Source: a virus. Taken from it: a stretch of 64,000 bases of DNA. Positions 1-8,445 of this stretch are shown here, in pieces. The DNA lies in IMG/VR virus record IMGVR_UViG_3300050498_000097, positions 2,700 through 66,699 of that record; one strand, 5' to 3'. How positions within the stretch are numbered: position 1 is the first letter of the stretch; every line of letters starts with the position of its first letter. Made by a program: the position numbers and the translations under genes. The notes under the pieces were generated by a model, which was not told where the DNA came from, ran no database searches, and saw nothing but the letters and a program-made list of their open reading frames with translations.

Positions 1-89
1 GACGGTTCTCTGCTTCATAGCAATGGCCCTATGTTCGCTCTGGGGCCTTGCTTCTGGTTATTCGGAACGTAAATTTTGGAGAAGACTCA

Positions 90-656
90 GTGAGTGATAA
101 CCCGATACCGATCTGGCTACTGGACGTGGATGGCGTAATCAACGCCATCTCTACTTCCAAGCAGCGGTTGCATGCTGCGTGGCCAGAGGACTCCTGGATT
201 CTTACTGAGGCTGACAGTGGTACCAGCGTATGGCCCATTCAAACGGCAACGCCGGTAGTGGAGTACATCCGCAAGGTCCATGAGTCGGGCCTGGCCGAGA
301 TCCGTTGGCACACCACGTGGCAGCAGAACGCATTGAACGTGGGCCGCGCCGTTGGACTGCCGGACTTTCCGATCCAGGAGGCTCCCGAGTACGATCCTGG
401 CTTTTGGCACCGCATGCGCGGTACGGACAGTTGGTGGAAACTGCCGGCCGCACGTCGCCTGATCCAGCTGGAGGAGCGTGCTCTCATTTGGACAGATGAT
501 GACATCCACTACGAGATGTCCAAGCAGCAGCGCCAATGGCTACGGGGCGAGAACCCTGGCCGGGTGCTGTTGATTGCCCCGGATGCGTACGCAGGTCTTC
601 ATCAGAGGGACCTGGACCGAGTCGACAAGTTCCTTAATCCTGGGCCTGGTGAATAG
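90..656 (+). CDS. HAD-superfamily hydrolase (Swiss-Army-knife RNA-repair-type HAD domain)
   Basis: Motif I LLDVDGVIN, W-x-TTW, LIWTDDD; GTG at 90 follows GGAGAAG (ORF track starts at 48). Confidence 0.75.
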   Translation: MSDNPIPIWLLDVDGVINAISTSKQRLHAAWPEDSWILTEADSGTSVWPIQTATPVVEYIRKVHESGLAEIRWHTTWQQNALNVGRAVGLPDFPIQEAPEYDPGFWHRMRGTDSWWKLPAARRLIQLEERALIWTDDDIHYEMSKQQRQWLRGENPGRVLLIAPDAYAGLHQRDLDRVDKFLNPGPGE

Positions 657-700
657 CATTGAGACATGGCACTCATCTTGTACATGGGAGGCAGACGGCG

Positions 701-934
701 ATGAGACCACGCCTGTTCGTAGTCATCTCAACACTCGCACTGATCTTGGCGGGCTGCGATCCGAAACCCACCATCACTGAGGGCACGGTCACCGAGAAGG
801 GCTTCCATATACCGCCGACAAGAATCTCGTACTACGAAGTCTGCTTCACCAGCGAGAATCAGACCCGATGCGAGAAGGTCTCAAAGGATGTCTATAACCA
901 GGCCAAGGTCGGCGAGTGGTTCGTACTGCCATGA
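701..934 (+). CDS. Small putative lipoprotein
   Basis: Hydrophobic N-terminus with lipobox LAGC; ATG 701 after GGGAGG. Confidence 0.6.
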   Translation: MRPRLFVVISTLALILAGCDPKPTITEGTVTEKGFHIPPTRISYYEVCFTSENQTRCEKVSKDVYNQAKVGEWFVLP

Positions 935-1016
935 CTCCGCGTGGGAGGGTGGCCATACGATTGTCGCCCGCCGAACGAGATGTCATTGACCGCCTATCGG
1001 GACCTGGACCGGCGTC

Positions 1017-1451
1017 TTGATGAGTACGCCCAGCGAAGGAGCAGCAGTGAGCACACCAACGTCGTCTGAGTTATGGCCGTCGCTCGACAGCATGAAGCAG
1101 TACCTGGAGACCTGGTCCCGGAACGTCTACGAGCTTGAGGCCAAGGTCCGCACGCTTGAGGCCATGAGCGTACGGATGGAGGCCACCTACACCGAAGAGA
1201 TCGCACGCCTGACCAATGAGCTGGCTACTTGCGCTGCCCCACGGGACCAGCGCATTGCTGAGCTGGAGACGTCCGTCAAGGGTCTGGAGCAGTATGTACA
1301 GGACCTGATTGCCGAGCGCCAGCGGGCGATTGAGCGGCTGGCCAAGGTGCTGGAGGTCACCGTCACGGGATCAATGACTCTGCAGGATCTCATCGGCCAG
1401 ACCATGACGTTGGTGGACCATACCAAGAAGATGTTCCGCGAGCGACTGTGA
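1017..1451 (+). CDS. Hypothetical coiled-coil protein
   Basis: Heptad-like L/E/R pattern; coupled to next ORF. Confidence 0.55.
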   Translation: MMSTPSEGAAVSTPTSSELWPSLDSMKQYLETWSRNVYELEAKVRTLEAMSVRMEATYTEEIARLTNELATCAAPRDQRIAELETSVKGLEQYVQDLIAERQRAIERLAKVLEVTVTGSMTLQDLIGQTMTLVDHTKKMFRERL

Positions 1452-1699
1452 AGTCCTATCTGCAGAACAACAACTGGTGGCGACGCTTGAACTGTCGTCT
1501 TAATAAGCACGAAGACGTCTTGTTCTTCGTGGGCATGAACTTTGGAAAAGAATGCCGATGGTGCTCCCGGCATGGAGTACTGACTGTGGATGAAGTTCAC
1601 CAAATACGAAAGCAGCAATGGACCGATTACGGTCTCAGAGGAAAGGACTCTTACACCTATGTCCGGATCACGGGAGGAAAAGAAGCCGAGACTGGATAG
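1448..1699 (+). CDS. Hypothetical protein
   Basis: GTGA overlap with upstream stop; C-x2-C motif. Confidence 0.45.
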   Translation: MKSYLQNNNWWRRLNCRLNKHEDVLFFVGMNFGKECRWCSRHGVLTVDEVHQIRKQQWTDYGLRGKDSYTYVRITGGKEAETG

Positions 1700-1718
1700 T
1701 GAGCTTTCTCTGCAGGAA

Positions 1719-1946
1719 ATGGACAACTTGTTCGCCAATGTGGCGTGGGCCCGAGAGCAAATTTCTGGCATGTTGGATGCTATCGCGGAACACAAAGAAG
1801 AGGACCACGAATGCCAGGTCTACTGCATCCCCGGCAGCATGGCGACCTTTCTCCATGAACTTCCCCATGAGGCCGTTCTGCTCCTACTCCAGGTCGCCCT
1901 AAAGGACGCGGTCCTGGTAGAGGATGCCAGTGAAGATGTCTCATGA
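1719..1946 (+). CDS. Hypothetical protein
   Basis: In-frame ATG 1719 avoids a long overlap with the previous gene (ORF track 1590). Confidence 0.45.
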   Translation: MDNLFANVAWAREQISGMLDAIAEHKEEDHECQVYCIPGSMATFLHELPHEAVLLLLQVALKDAVLVEDASEDVS

Positions 1947-2024
1947 TTCGCCTGGTCGTGGGGGTTACCCGGACGTACCCGTGCGCTACGATCATCGTAT
2001 CCGCCAACCCACGGGAGGTAGCAC

Positions 2025-2333
2025 ATGATTGACGCAGGCCTTATCAAAGAGGCCTTACGGGTTCCAGAGGGTAAGCCCGATACCCCCGAACAGGCCCAGT
2101 TGCGAGCATGCTTGACCAGTGTCCTGACCGGGCACAACGAAGTGGACACTATTCGTATCTGTTCGGATCTTGTCACACTGATGCGGGATCAGTTGTCTAC
2201 CGGCACTGCGACAGTGCGCCGGATCGCAGCCGCCAAGGCCAGGGAAACCATGCAGCCGGCCGCCATCGCCCAGGCGTCTGGACAGACAAGGCCCACGATC
2301 GCACGACTACTAACCGAGGCTAGGAACGTGTAG
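2025..2333 (+). CDS. Putative helix-turn-helix DNA-binding protein
   Basis: GGGAGG RBS; C-terminal PAAIAQASGQTRPTIARLL is HTH-like. Confidence 0.5.
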   Translation: MIDAGLIKEALRVPEGKPDTPEQAQLRACLTSVLTGHNEVDTIRICSDLVTLMRDQLSTGTATVRRIAAAKARETMQPAAIAQASGQTRPTIARLLTEARNV

Positions 2334-2552
2334 ATGACCAGGAACGAAGCTCTGGCCAATTCCGTCGCTGCCATCCAGGAGGCCGTTAAATACCTGGAGG
2401 CAGGAAACTCTGATCTGTCGTATAGCTGGACCGTCATAGCCGACACCTGGGCCAGTATTGCCAGTGCTATGGACTATGACCCAGGAGACGATATCTACGA
2501 GTGGGAGACAAAGCAGGGATCCCACACTGGCCCGGTAGCAAGACACCCGTAG
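2334..2552 (+). CDS. Hypothetical protein
   Basis: Starts directly after the upstream stop. Confidence 0.5.
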   Translation: MTRNEALANSVAAIQEAVKYLEAGNSDLSYSWTVIADTWASIASAMDYDPGDDIYEWETKQGSHTGPVARHP

Positions 2553-2563
2553 GGGAGGCTGCA

Positions 2564-3049
2564 GTGGACCAGGAAGCCGGACAGTTGATCCAGACCCCTC
2601 TCCCAGGGTTACCCTTCCGTATCCTGGTCACTGGCTGGCGGGATTGGCCCCGAGCGGCAGCCTGGAAGGTATGGGAGCAACTGGAGCTGGCCGTCAAGGA
2701 GCTGGCTGCCGACGCCAGTCTGATCATCGTGACCGAGGGCGAGTCCCCGTACGGGGGCGTTGATGACTATGCCTATGAGTGGGCAGCGCTCAATCGTCCG
2801 CGCACGATGCCAGATCGACATCCAGCCAACTGGGCCAGGCATGGGAAGGCTGCTGGTCCCCTCCGGAACGCCGAGATGGTGGCCCTGGGCCCAGATGTCT
2901 GCCTCGCGTTCCCTGGTCCAATGTCCAAGGGCACGGTCGACTGCATGAAGAAGGCAGAGAAGGCCCAGGTCCTGGTCCGTACCGTGGAGTGGGATCCGGC
3001 CTTCCTGGAGACTGTTGACGACACCCCCATGTCCCCCGTACCCTGGTAG
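2564..3049 (+). CDS. SLOG/YspA-like (DUF2493-type) protein
   Basis: RILVTGWRDW, GVDDYAYEWA, AGPLRNAEMV, CLAFPG..SKGTVDC motifs; GTG 2564 after GGGGAGG. Confidence 0.75.
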   Translation: MDQEAGQLIQTPLPGLPFRILVTGWRDWPRAAAWKVWEQLELAVKELAADASLIIVTEGESPYGGVDDYAYEWAALNRPRTMPDRHPANWARHGKAAGPLRNAEMVALGPDVCLAFPGPMSKGTVDCMKKAEKAQVLVRTVEWDPAFLETVDDTPMSPVPW

Positions 3050-3121
3050 GTAGAGCGGCGCCGGCCGCTGAACCCCGTGAGTCGCGGCCGGTGTCTGCGT
3101 TTTCTGGAGGAGAGGGACACA

Positions 3122-3394
3122 GTGACCAATGATCAGCTCCTGAGACACATTGAGCTGCGCCTGGCGCAGGGCCGTACCGCAGACCTGCAGCAGGTCGTGT
3201 ACTGCACCCACGAAGGTCCCCAGCTTCACACAGTCCAGGCGGCTGCTGTTGCCGCTGGCTGTGTGTACAGCACCCTGGGCCCCGATGACGATGGCGAGGC
3301 TACCGTATTTGTCCAGGGCTCTCCGGAGGAGCTGAAGGACTGCGTCCAGAGAATCAACTGGGCGCTGGAGACGTGCGGTACGGATGGCAATTGA
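3122..3394 (+). CDS. Hypothetical protein
   Basis: GTG 3122 after GGAGGAGAGGG. Confidence 0.5.
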   Translation: MTNDQLLRHIELRLAQGRTADLQQVVYCTHEGPQLHTVQAAAVAAGCVYSTLGPDDDGEATVFVQGSPEELKDCVQRINWALETCGTDGN

Positions 3395-3692
3395 TCCGGA
3401 TACCTACCAGCGGTACCTGGTCGCAGAGAAGAGGGCCCGAGACTTAGGCCTGTCGCTGACCGAGGTGCTGGATCACGCACAACTGTTACTGACACAGCAG
3501 CGTCGGCACAACATCGAGGTCACTGCGGTCGAGGATCTGTATCGGCGTCTTGGGCGACAGAGCCCCAACAAGCTCATGTCCCACTACTTTGGCCGGGTGG
3601 ATGGAACGCCGGCCGAGATGTTTGAGGCAATGAAGTTCTGGGTTGAGGCGGTATGCCGCAACCTGGCAAACAAAACCCTGGAGGAGTTGTGA
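3384..3692 (+). CDS. Hypothetical protein
   Basis: Overlap-coupled to both neighbours. Confidence 0.55.
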   Translation: MAIDPDTYQRYLVAEKRARDLGLSLTEVLDHAQLLLTQQRRHNIEVTAVEDLYRRLGRQSPNKLMSHYFGRVDGTPAEMFEAMKFWVEAVCRNLANKTLEEL

Positions 3693-4087
3693 ACGTAGAG
3701 CTGCAGGCGGCCGAGCTGTTGGAGCAGGGCGCCAAGATCCTGGAGCGCGACGGCTGGATGCCTTGGGTGCTTCATGACGATGTCAGCGGGAAGCGCTGTG
3801 TCATGGGTGGCCTGATGGCCGTTGCTGGACTGGAGCCCAGTCGCTACGTGGGGATGCCGTGGGCCAGGGAAAATCCTGTTGCTGTCACTGCAATTGCACG
3901 GCTGGCTTCGGTTATTGACCCGGAGGATCAGGGAGGAAACCCTGACTGGAACCGGGTCGTGACCTGGAACAACATGTCCACTCGGACCCAGCAACAGGTT
4001 CTGGACGCCGTGCATGTGGCAGCCATGTCCCTGCGTCTGCAGGTGGCGGCCATGGCTCCGCGTGAAAGGGCTGAGGTGCCGGCATGA
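3689..4087 (+). CDS. DUF6197-like protein, paralogue 1
   Basis: LLE.GA.ILE..GW, C.MGG, WNN...RT..QV motif set; GTGA overlap at 3689. Confidence 0.6.
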   Translation: MNVELQAAELLEQGAKILERDGWMPWVLHDDVSGKRCVMGGLMAVAGLEPSRYVGMPWARENPVAVTAIARLASVIDPEDQGGNPDWNRVVTWNNMSTRTQQQVLDAVHVAAMSLRLQVAAMAPRERAEVPA

Positions 4088-4449
4088 ACATGATGCAGGT
4101 ATCAGCCGAGGTGCTGCAGGATGCCGTCATTGACGTACTGGAGCAGGCTGCTGATCTCATTGAGACGGTCGGCTGGACTCAGGGGAGTCGACGTAAGCAT
4201 GATTACGGGATAACTGGTGGCATCACTGGTTATTGCGCTATTGGAGCCATGCAGGCCGTCAATGAGTCACTTTGGATAACGGCCGAAGAAGTATTCAAGG
4301 ACTGGCTCACTTCTTCATGGCCCAAGAGCATGCTCTACCTCCGCTATGTGGCACGCTGGAATGACTTTCCTGGGCGCACGGCGGCAGAAGTCATTGACGC
4401 CATGAAGTCCTGCGCCAAGGATCTGAGAAATGAGGCGGTGCCATCATGA
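4084..4449 (+). CDS. DUF6197-like protein, paralogue 2
   Basis: LEQAADLIETVGWTQG, YCAIGA, WNDFPGRTAAEVIDAM. Confidence 0.7.
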   Translation: MNMMQVSAEVLQDAVIDVLEQAADLIETVGWTQGSRRKHDYGITGGITGYCAIGAMQAVNESLWITAEEVFKDWLTSSWPKSMLYLRYVARWNDFPGRTAAEVIDAMKSCAKDLRNEAVPS

Positions 4450-4802
4450 CTGATGCAGCCGGTGCACTGGAAAGAGCGGCCGATCTCCTTGAAACGGTTG
4501 GCTGGGTTACGGGAATTGCTATGCAGTATGGGTATAAGGAAAGTGACCCAGTAAGACTGTTGCAGGTAGTCGGTTACTGTGCATCTGGGGCCGTTGTAAA
4601 GGCCGCCAGTAACAGTGTGGAATACCAGGCTGCTATGGCAGCCTTGAGCTGCAAAATTCGGCAGGGTATGCAGTTCGTTGCCACCACGAGCAGGGATACC
4701 GTGGTCGCGTGGAACGATGCCCGAGGCCGCACCAAGTCCGAGGTCATTGATGCGATGCGGCACGCGGCAAAGGACCTGAGGAATGAGGCGGTGCCATCAT
4801 GA
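4429..4802 (+). repeat. 21-bp direct repeat AATGAGGCGGTGCCATCATGA at 4429-4449 and 4782-4802
   Basis: Exact match read from the sequence; forms the gene end, RBS and ATGA junction of consecutive paralogues. Confidence 0.9.
4446..4802 (+). CDS. DUF6197-like protein, paralogue 3
   Basis: LERAADLLETVGW, YCASGA, WNDARGRTKSEVIDAM. Confidence 0.7.
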   Translation: MTDAAGALERAADLLETVGWVTGIAMQYGYKESDPVRLLQVVGYCASGAVVKAASNSVEYQAAMAALSCKIRQGMQFVATTSRDTVVAWNDARGRTKSEVIDAMRHAAKDLRNEAVPS

Positions 4803-5161
4803 GCGATATAGCCGACACATTGGAAAAGGCGGCCGATGTCCTTGAAACAATCGGCTGGGTCCAGGGATCTTCAACTGCATATGGATATGGTCCCGATGGG
4901 AATATCGATCATATAGTTGGGTACTGTGCATCTGGCGCTCTTCACAGGGTCAGTGGCCTTGAGTACGAATCTGCCATGAGTGCGATGGCCTGTGAAATTG
5001 TTGGTTGTCATGGCGACCACTGTCATTTGTTGTGGCCCATTGGCTTTAGATCAGCAACCGTTGTCGAATGGAACGACGAGCCCGGCCGCACTAAGTACGA
5101 AGTCATCGACATGATGCGGCGTACTGCAAAGAACCTGCGCAATGAGGCAACGCCAGAATGA
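4799..5161 (+). CDS. DUF6197-like protein, paralogue 4
   Basis: LEKAADVLETIGWVQG, YCASGA, WNDEPGRTKYEVIDMM. Confidence 0.7.
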   Translation: MSDIADTLEKAADVLETIGWVQGSSTAYGYGPDGNIDHIVGYCASGALHRVSGLEYESAMSAMACEIVGCHGDHCHLLWPIGFRSATVVEWNDEPGRTKYEVIDMMRRTAKNLRNEATPE

Positions 5162-5445
5162 CACAATCGGTCATTGCATGTGTTCCTGTCGACCGCTCTG
5201 AACTTCCGCAGATTCCAGAGCTGGACGCTATCGTGGTCACGGACCTTTACACCCTGACCATCTGTCAGGCCTGCGGCCAGGACGTATGGATCGGTCCGCG
5301 CAGCTTGAAGCAGTACCAGGATGATCCGGCTGTGTTCCTGGTCCTGTGCTACATGTGCACCTTCAAGCTCCCGGAGGCGTCCCAGTTGCCTGTAGTGCAG
5401 TTGGGTGGGGGCTTTCCACGTGAGGGAAGGGCCCGAGTCCTGTGA
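5158..5445 (+). CDS. Hypothetical protein with two CxxC motifs
   Basis: CQAC ... CYMC; ATGA coupling. Confidence 0.55.
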   Translation: MTQSVIACVPVDRSELPQIPELDAIVVTDLYTLTICQACGQDVWIGPRSLKQYQDDPAVFLVLCYMCTFKLPEASQLPVVQLGGGFPREGRARVL

Positions 5446-5672
5446 TCAGTCGCCTGCATGAAGCTAGCCTGCGGCTCTGGTTCTGGCCCAGTGATTTGGT
5501 ACGGGCCTGGAAGTACAGTCCCAAGGCCAGACACGCACGTCGCCTGCAGAGCTTCTACTGCAGGCACTGTAACCGGACCTCGTACAAATCCAAGGACGTA
5601 GAGAACCGTTACTGCGGCTACTGCCATCATTTCTGCGACGACGTCGAAGACCCGGTATACGAGATCATGTGA
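5442..5672 (+). CDS. Small zinc-ribbon-like phage protein
   Basis: CRHCNRTSY...RYCGYCHHF. Confidence 0.6.
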   Translation: MISRLHEASLRLWFWPSDLVRAWKYSPKARHARRLQSFYCRHCNRTSYKSKDVENRYCGYCHHFCDDVEDPVYEIM

Positions 5673-5687
5673 TCGGAGTGGTTCTGA

Positions 5688-5879
5688 GTGAAGCGACTTG
5701 CCGGCTGGATATTGGCCTGGATCGGGTTCCTGGCTCTGTTGTACGCGATCTGGTCCTTTAACGATCAGCCCCGACACTGGGCGCTTGTGCTTGGCGTGGG
5801 TGTCGTTACCGGCTTTACCATGATGCACGGACTTCGCATCGTGGACCGCAACCCAAGGAAGACGAAGCTGACGAAATGA
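5688..5879 (+). CDS. Small membrane protein (2 TM)
   Basis: Two hydrophobic stretches, basic C-terminal tail. Confidence 0.55.
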   Translation: MKRLAGWILAWIGFLALLYAIWSFNDQPRHWALVLGVGVVTGFTMMHGLRIVDRNPRKTKLTK

Positions 5880-6016
5880 GATTCTTGCTCGTACTGGTGG
5901 TCGTTGTTGCCGGAGTTATGGTAGGAGTTACTTGGCCCGGTTGGTGGGCTGTGGCCCTGGGTGCTACCGGAAGTGTTTGTTACAACATCGGAAGATGGGG
6001 GTCTGATGACATATGA
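5876..6016 (+). CDS. Small membrane protein (46 aa, absent from ORF track)
   Basis: MRFLLVLVVVVAGVMVGVTWPGWW...; ATGA overlaps at both ends. Confidence 0.55.
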   Translation: MRFLLVLVVVVAGVMVGVTWPGWWAVALGATGSVCYNIGRWGSDDI

Positions 6017-6435
6017 GCAACGGTGAATTAGAGCCAGCTGAAGTGGCTCGGGAATTGGTCTTAGCTACCACCGAGCCCGTCGAAGAGGCTGAACCAATTG
6101 CGATAGATGCTCACGTCAGCAAGCTCGCTGACTACGTCGAGTGCTTGAACAGCATTGAATTCTGGACCAAGCGACGGGAACGGCTAAAGGCTGAGCTAGC
6201 TGAAATCATGGGTGACGCCGAGGTAGGCACCATCAATGGTGAAGAGGTCCTTTTCTACAAGGCTCAGGCTCGTTTCCAGACAACTGAATTCGCTAAGAAG
6301 TATCCGGACTTCTATCGGCTCTACAGTCGGGACTTCACCAAGAAGCAGTTCGATCCAGACTGGCTGAAACACGATCGTCCGGACCTCTACGAAAAGTTCC
6401 AAGTCAGGGCCATGAGGACAACGTTCAACGCCTAG
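6013..6435 (+). CDS. Hypothetical phage protein
   Basis: Coupled ORF with a charged helical segment. Confidence 0.6.
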   Translation: MSNGELEPAEVARELVLATTEPVEEAEPIAIDAHVSKLADYVECLNSIEFWTKRRERLKAELAEIMGDAEVGTINGEEVLFYKAQARFQTTEFAKKYPDFYRLYSRDFTKKQFDPDWLKHDRPDLYEKFQVRAMRTTFNA

Positions 6436-6445
6436 ACTAACAGTC

Positions 6446-7048
6446 ATGGTGAACGTCCCCAGGATCAAAGGTACGGCTGCCGAGACCGCCGTTGTTGGCT
6501 ACTTCCAGGAACACGGTTTTCCGTACGCAGAGCGTCGGGCCCTGAAGGGTGCCCTCGACCGAGGCGACCTGACCGGGATGCCAGGACTGGCCATTGAAGT
6601 GAAGTATGCAAATGCCGGAATACGGATGGGCAGCTGGCTCGCTGAGACTGGTATCGAGCGCCTGAACGCGCGAGCGGATCACGGCATCCTGGTCATCAAG
6701 CCGGCTGGTATGGGCGATCGGAAGGTGGCCCAGTGGCTGGCCGCCATGTCCGCAGAGGATTTCAACCGGCTGTGGCTCAAGGCCCTGATGGCGCCGGAGT
6801 TCTCGGTCATTGTGGTCAATGATCCTGTTGAGACGTACAGCGAGCAGCACCTGAAGTGGCAGCTCTACGCCAAGGTACGTGGGCTGGAGGACCCGCGCGA
6901 GGTCATGGTCCTGACCCTGCGCCCACCGGGTACGAAAGACAAGCCTGAGGCTTGGTACCGGGTGATGACCTTGGAACAGATGACACGATTGCTACACGCC
7001 GCAGGGTACGGAGATGGAGTCCGGGAGCATGAGCCAGCAGGAGCCTGA
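6446..7048 (+). CDS. PD-(D/E)xK nuclease, actinophage Holliday-junction-resolvase type
   Basis: KGTAAETAVV.Y...GFPYAERRAL.G..DRGD..G..G.AIEVK. Confidence 0.65.
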   Translation: MVNVPRIKGTAAETAVVGYFQEHGFPYAERRALKGALDRGDLTGMPGLAIEVKYANAGIRMGSWLAETGIERLNARADHGILVIKPAGMGDRKVAQWLAAMSAEDFNRLWLKALMAPEFSVIVVNDPVETYSEQHLKWQLYAKVRGLEDPREVMVLTLRPPGTKDKPEAWYRVMTLEQMTRLLHAAGYGDGVREHEPAGA

Positions 7049-7211
7049 ACGGCACCGTCACAGGATCTCGAAGTACGGCCAGAATTGGTACGGAGACTGT
7101 GGCATCTGCATGCGCTCGGTGTGGAATCCATACTGGTCAGCGACCCGAGACCTACTGACCCTACATGTTCAAGATCATGAACCCTTGACGAAGGACCCGG
7201 TCTCCGGCTAG
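7029..7211 (+). CDS. Small C2H2-like zinc-binding protein
   Basis: CGIC ... HVQDH; ATG 7029 after GGGAG. Confidence 0.45.
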   Translation: MSQQEPERHRHRISKYGQNWYGDCGICMRSVWNPYWSATRDLLTLHVQDHEPLTKDPVSG

Positions 7212-7254
7212 TCTGTAGGGGTACATCCCCCTACGACATTACTGGAGACGGTCA

Positions 7255-7734
7255 ATGAAAGGACTCATCGCAGCCGCCGTGGCATTGGTCGTGCTTACGG
7301 CTGACAAGGGCTGCGGACTTCAACCCCCAGGTGACAAGACACCCGCTGGAGGGGTTCCAGCTGGCGTTGTCACACTGATCGAGGTGACTTCTCACCCTTC
7401 TGGCGCTCTCGCCAAGGTTCGCATCGATGCCAGGGATCACTCTGGCCTGCCGAGCGTAAGCATCCTTACCTCTGAGCTGTACCCGACTGAGCACATGCGG
7501 CGCACGCCACACACCGAAGGCATCACACATCCGGCCAGCGCCACAGTGACCTACTACGTGGATGCCATCTTGGCCGGGGAGCCGGGTGACATCCTGGGAT
7601 GCAAGATCTATGTGGATGGTGATGTGCCTACTGGGCCCAATGCTCTTGAGACCGTACATGTGGCTCAGATCCTGGAAGGGATGACATCGACCCAGGTGTC
7701 CTGCAGCTACACCCGTTACCCAACGGCAAGTTGA
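7255..7734 (+). CDS. Putative lipoprotein
   Basis: Signal-like N-terminus ending ADKGC; Pro/Gly linker; GGAGA RBS. Confidence 0.55.
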   Translation: MKGLIAAAVALVVLTADKGCGLQPPGDKTPAGGVPAGVVTLIEVTSHPSGALAKVRIDARDHSGLPSVSILTSELYPTEHMRRTPHTEGITHPASATVTYYVDAILAGEPGDILGCKIYVDGDVPTGPNALETVHVAQILEGMTSTQVSCSYTRYPTAS

Positions 7735-8150
7735 CAGGAGGATCAACAATGTGGTTGTGGATTGCGTTGATCTATTTCGTTGGTGCCAGCTACACGGTAC
7801 GGCGAACGGTGCTGCAGAACAGAGAGCGTGGGCAACGGCTCCTTGGGGGGTGCAGGCTTTGTTCAGCTAACGGTGCACAATACTACTGCGCCTTGCACAC
7901 ACCAGAGATACGCAAGAGTCGCAAGAGGCGTGTCTGGGTGCCGCTCCTTTGGCCCGGAGTGCTTGCCGTATGGCTCTGGTGGAAGATGCTGTTCCCACGT
8001 GGGGTACGGACCAGGACTGAAATAGCCAACGCCAAGGAGAAGGCGCTAGAGGCCAAGAATAAGGCACTGACTGAGAAGCTGCAGCGACAGGCTGAGGAGA
8101 TCAAGCAACTGTCGACAGTAGCCGGGCTCTATATCCCCGAAGGCTTGTGA
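7731..8150 (+). CDS. Membrane protein with Cys motif and coiled-coil tail
   Basis: Two TM segments, CRLC..YC..H; start may be ATG 7749. Confidence 0.55.
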   Translation: MTGGSTMWLWIALIYFVGASYTVRRTVLQNRERGQRLLGGCRLCSANGAQYYCALHTPEIRKSRKRRVWVPLLWPGVLAVWLWWKMLFPRGVRTRTEIANAKEKALEAKNKALTEKLQRQAEEIKQLSTVAGLYIPEGL

Positions 8151-8160
8151 GGAGTATCTA

Positions 8161-8445
8161 ATGTGGAGAGTAATTCTTGCTACGGCCTTCGTTCTCGTGT
8201 TCTTCGCGGGATGGACCTTCATGTGGTTCGGCATCGGGGCCAAGTCGCATGAGAACCTGGTCCGTAAGGACGGTATGGCTGGGCTCGGTGGGGCCAAGGT
8301 GCTTCGCGACGGTGCCGAGATCATGGACCGGCTCATCAACCCCCAGATCATGTCTGCCACGGAGCAGATCGATTTCCTGTCAACCGAGACCAGTACCAGA
8401 ATCCAGGGCTGGCTCGCGACCTACAACAAGTGGAGAGAGAAGTGA
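8161..8445 (+). CDS. Single-TM hypothetical protein
   Basis: GAGGAG RBS, N-terminal TM helix. Confidence 0.6.
   Translation: MWRVILATAFVLVFFAGWTFMWFGIGAKSHENLVRKDGMAGLGGAKVLRDGAEIMDRLINPQIMSATEQIDFLSTETSTRIQGWLATYNKWREK

Noticed and set aside
1943-2032. 29-aa ORF MIRLVVGVTRTYPC... filling the gap before 2025
   Set aside because: Too short, and no independent evidence; the gap also holds the RBS of the next gene.
2609-3229. 206-aa - strand ORF and similar long antisense ORFs in the left arm (1187-1795, 8736-9359)
   Set aside because: They fully overlap well-supported + strand genes; no motifs.
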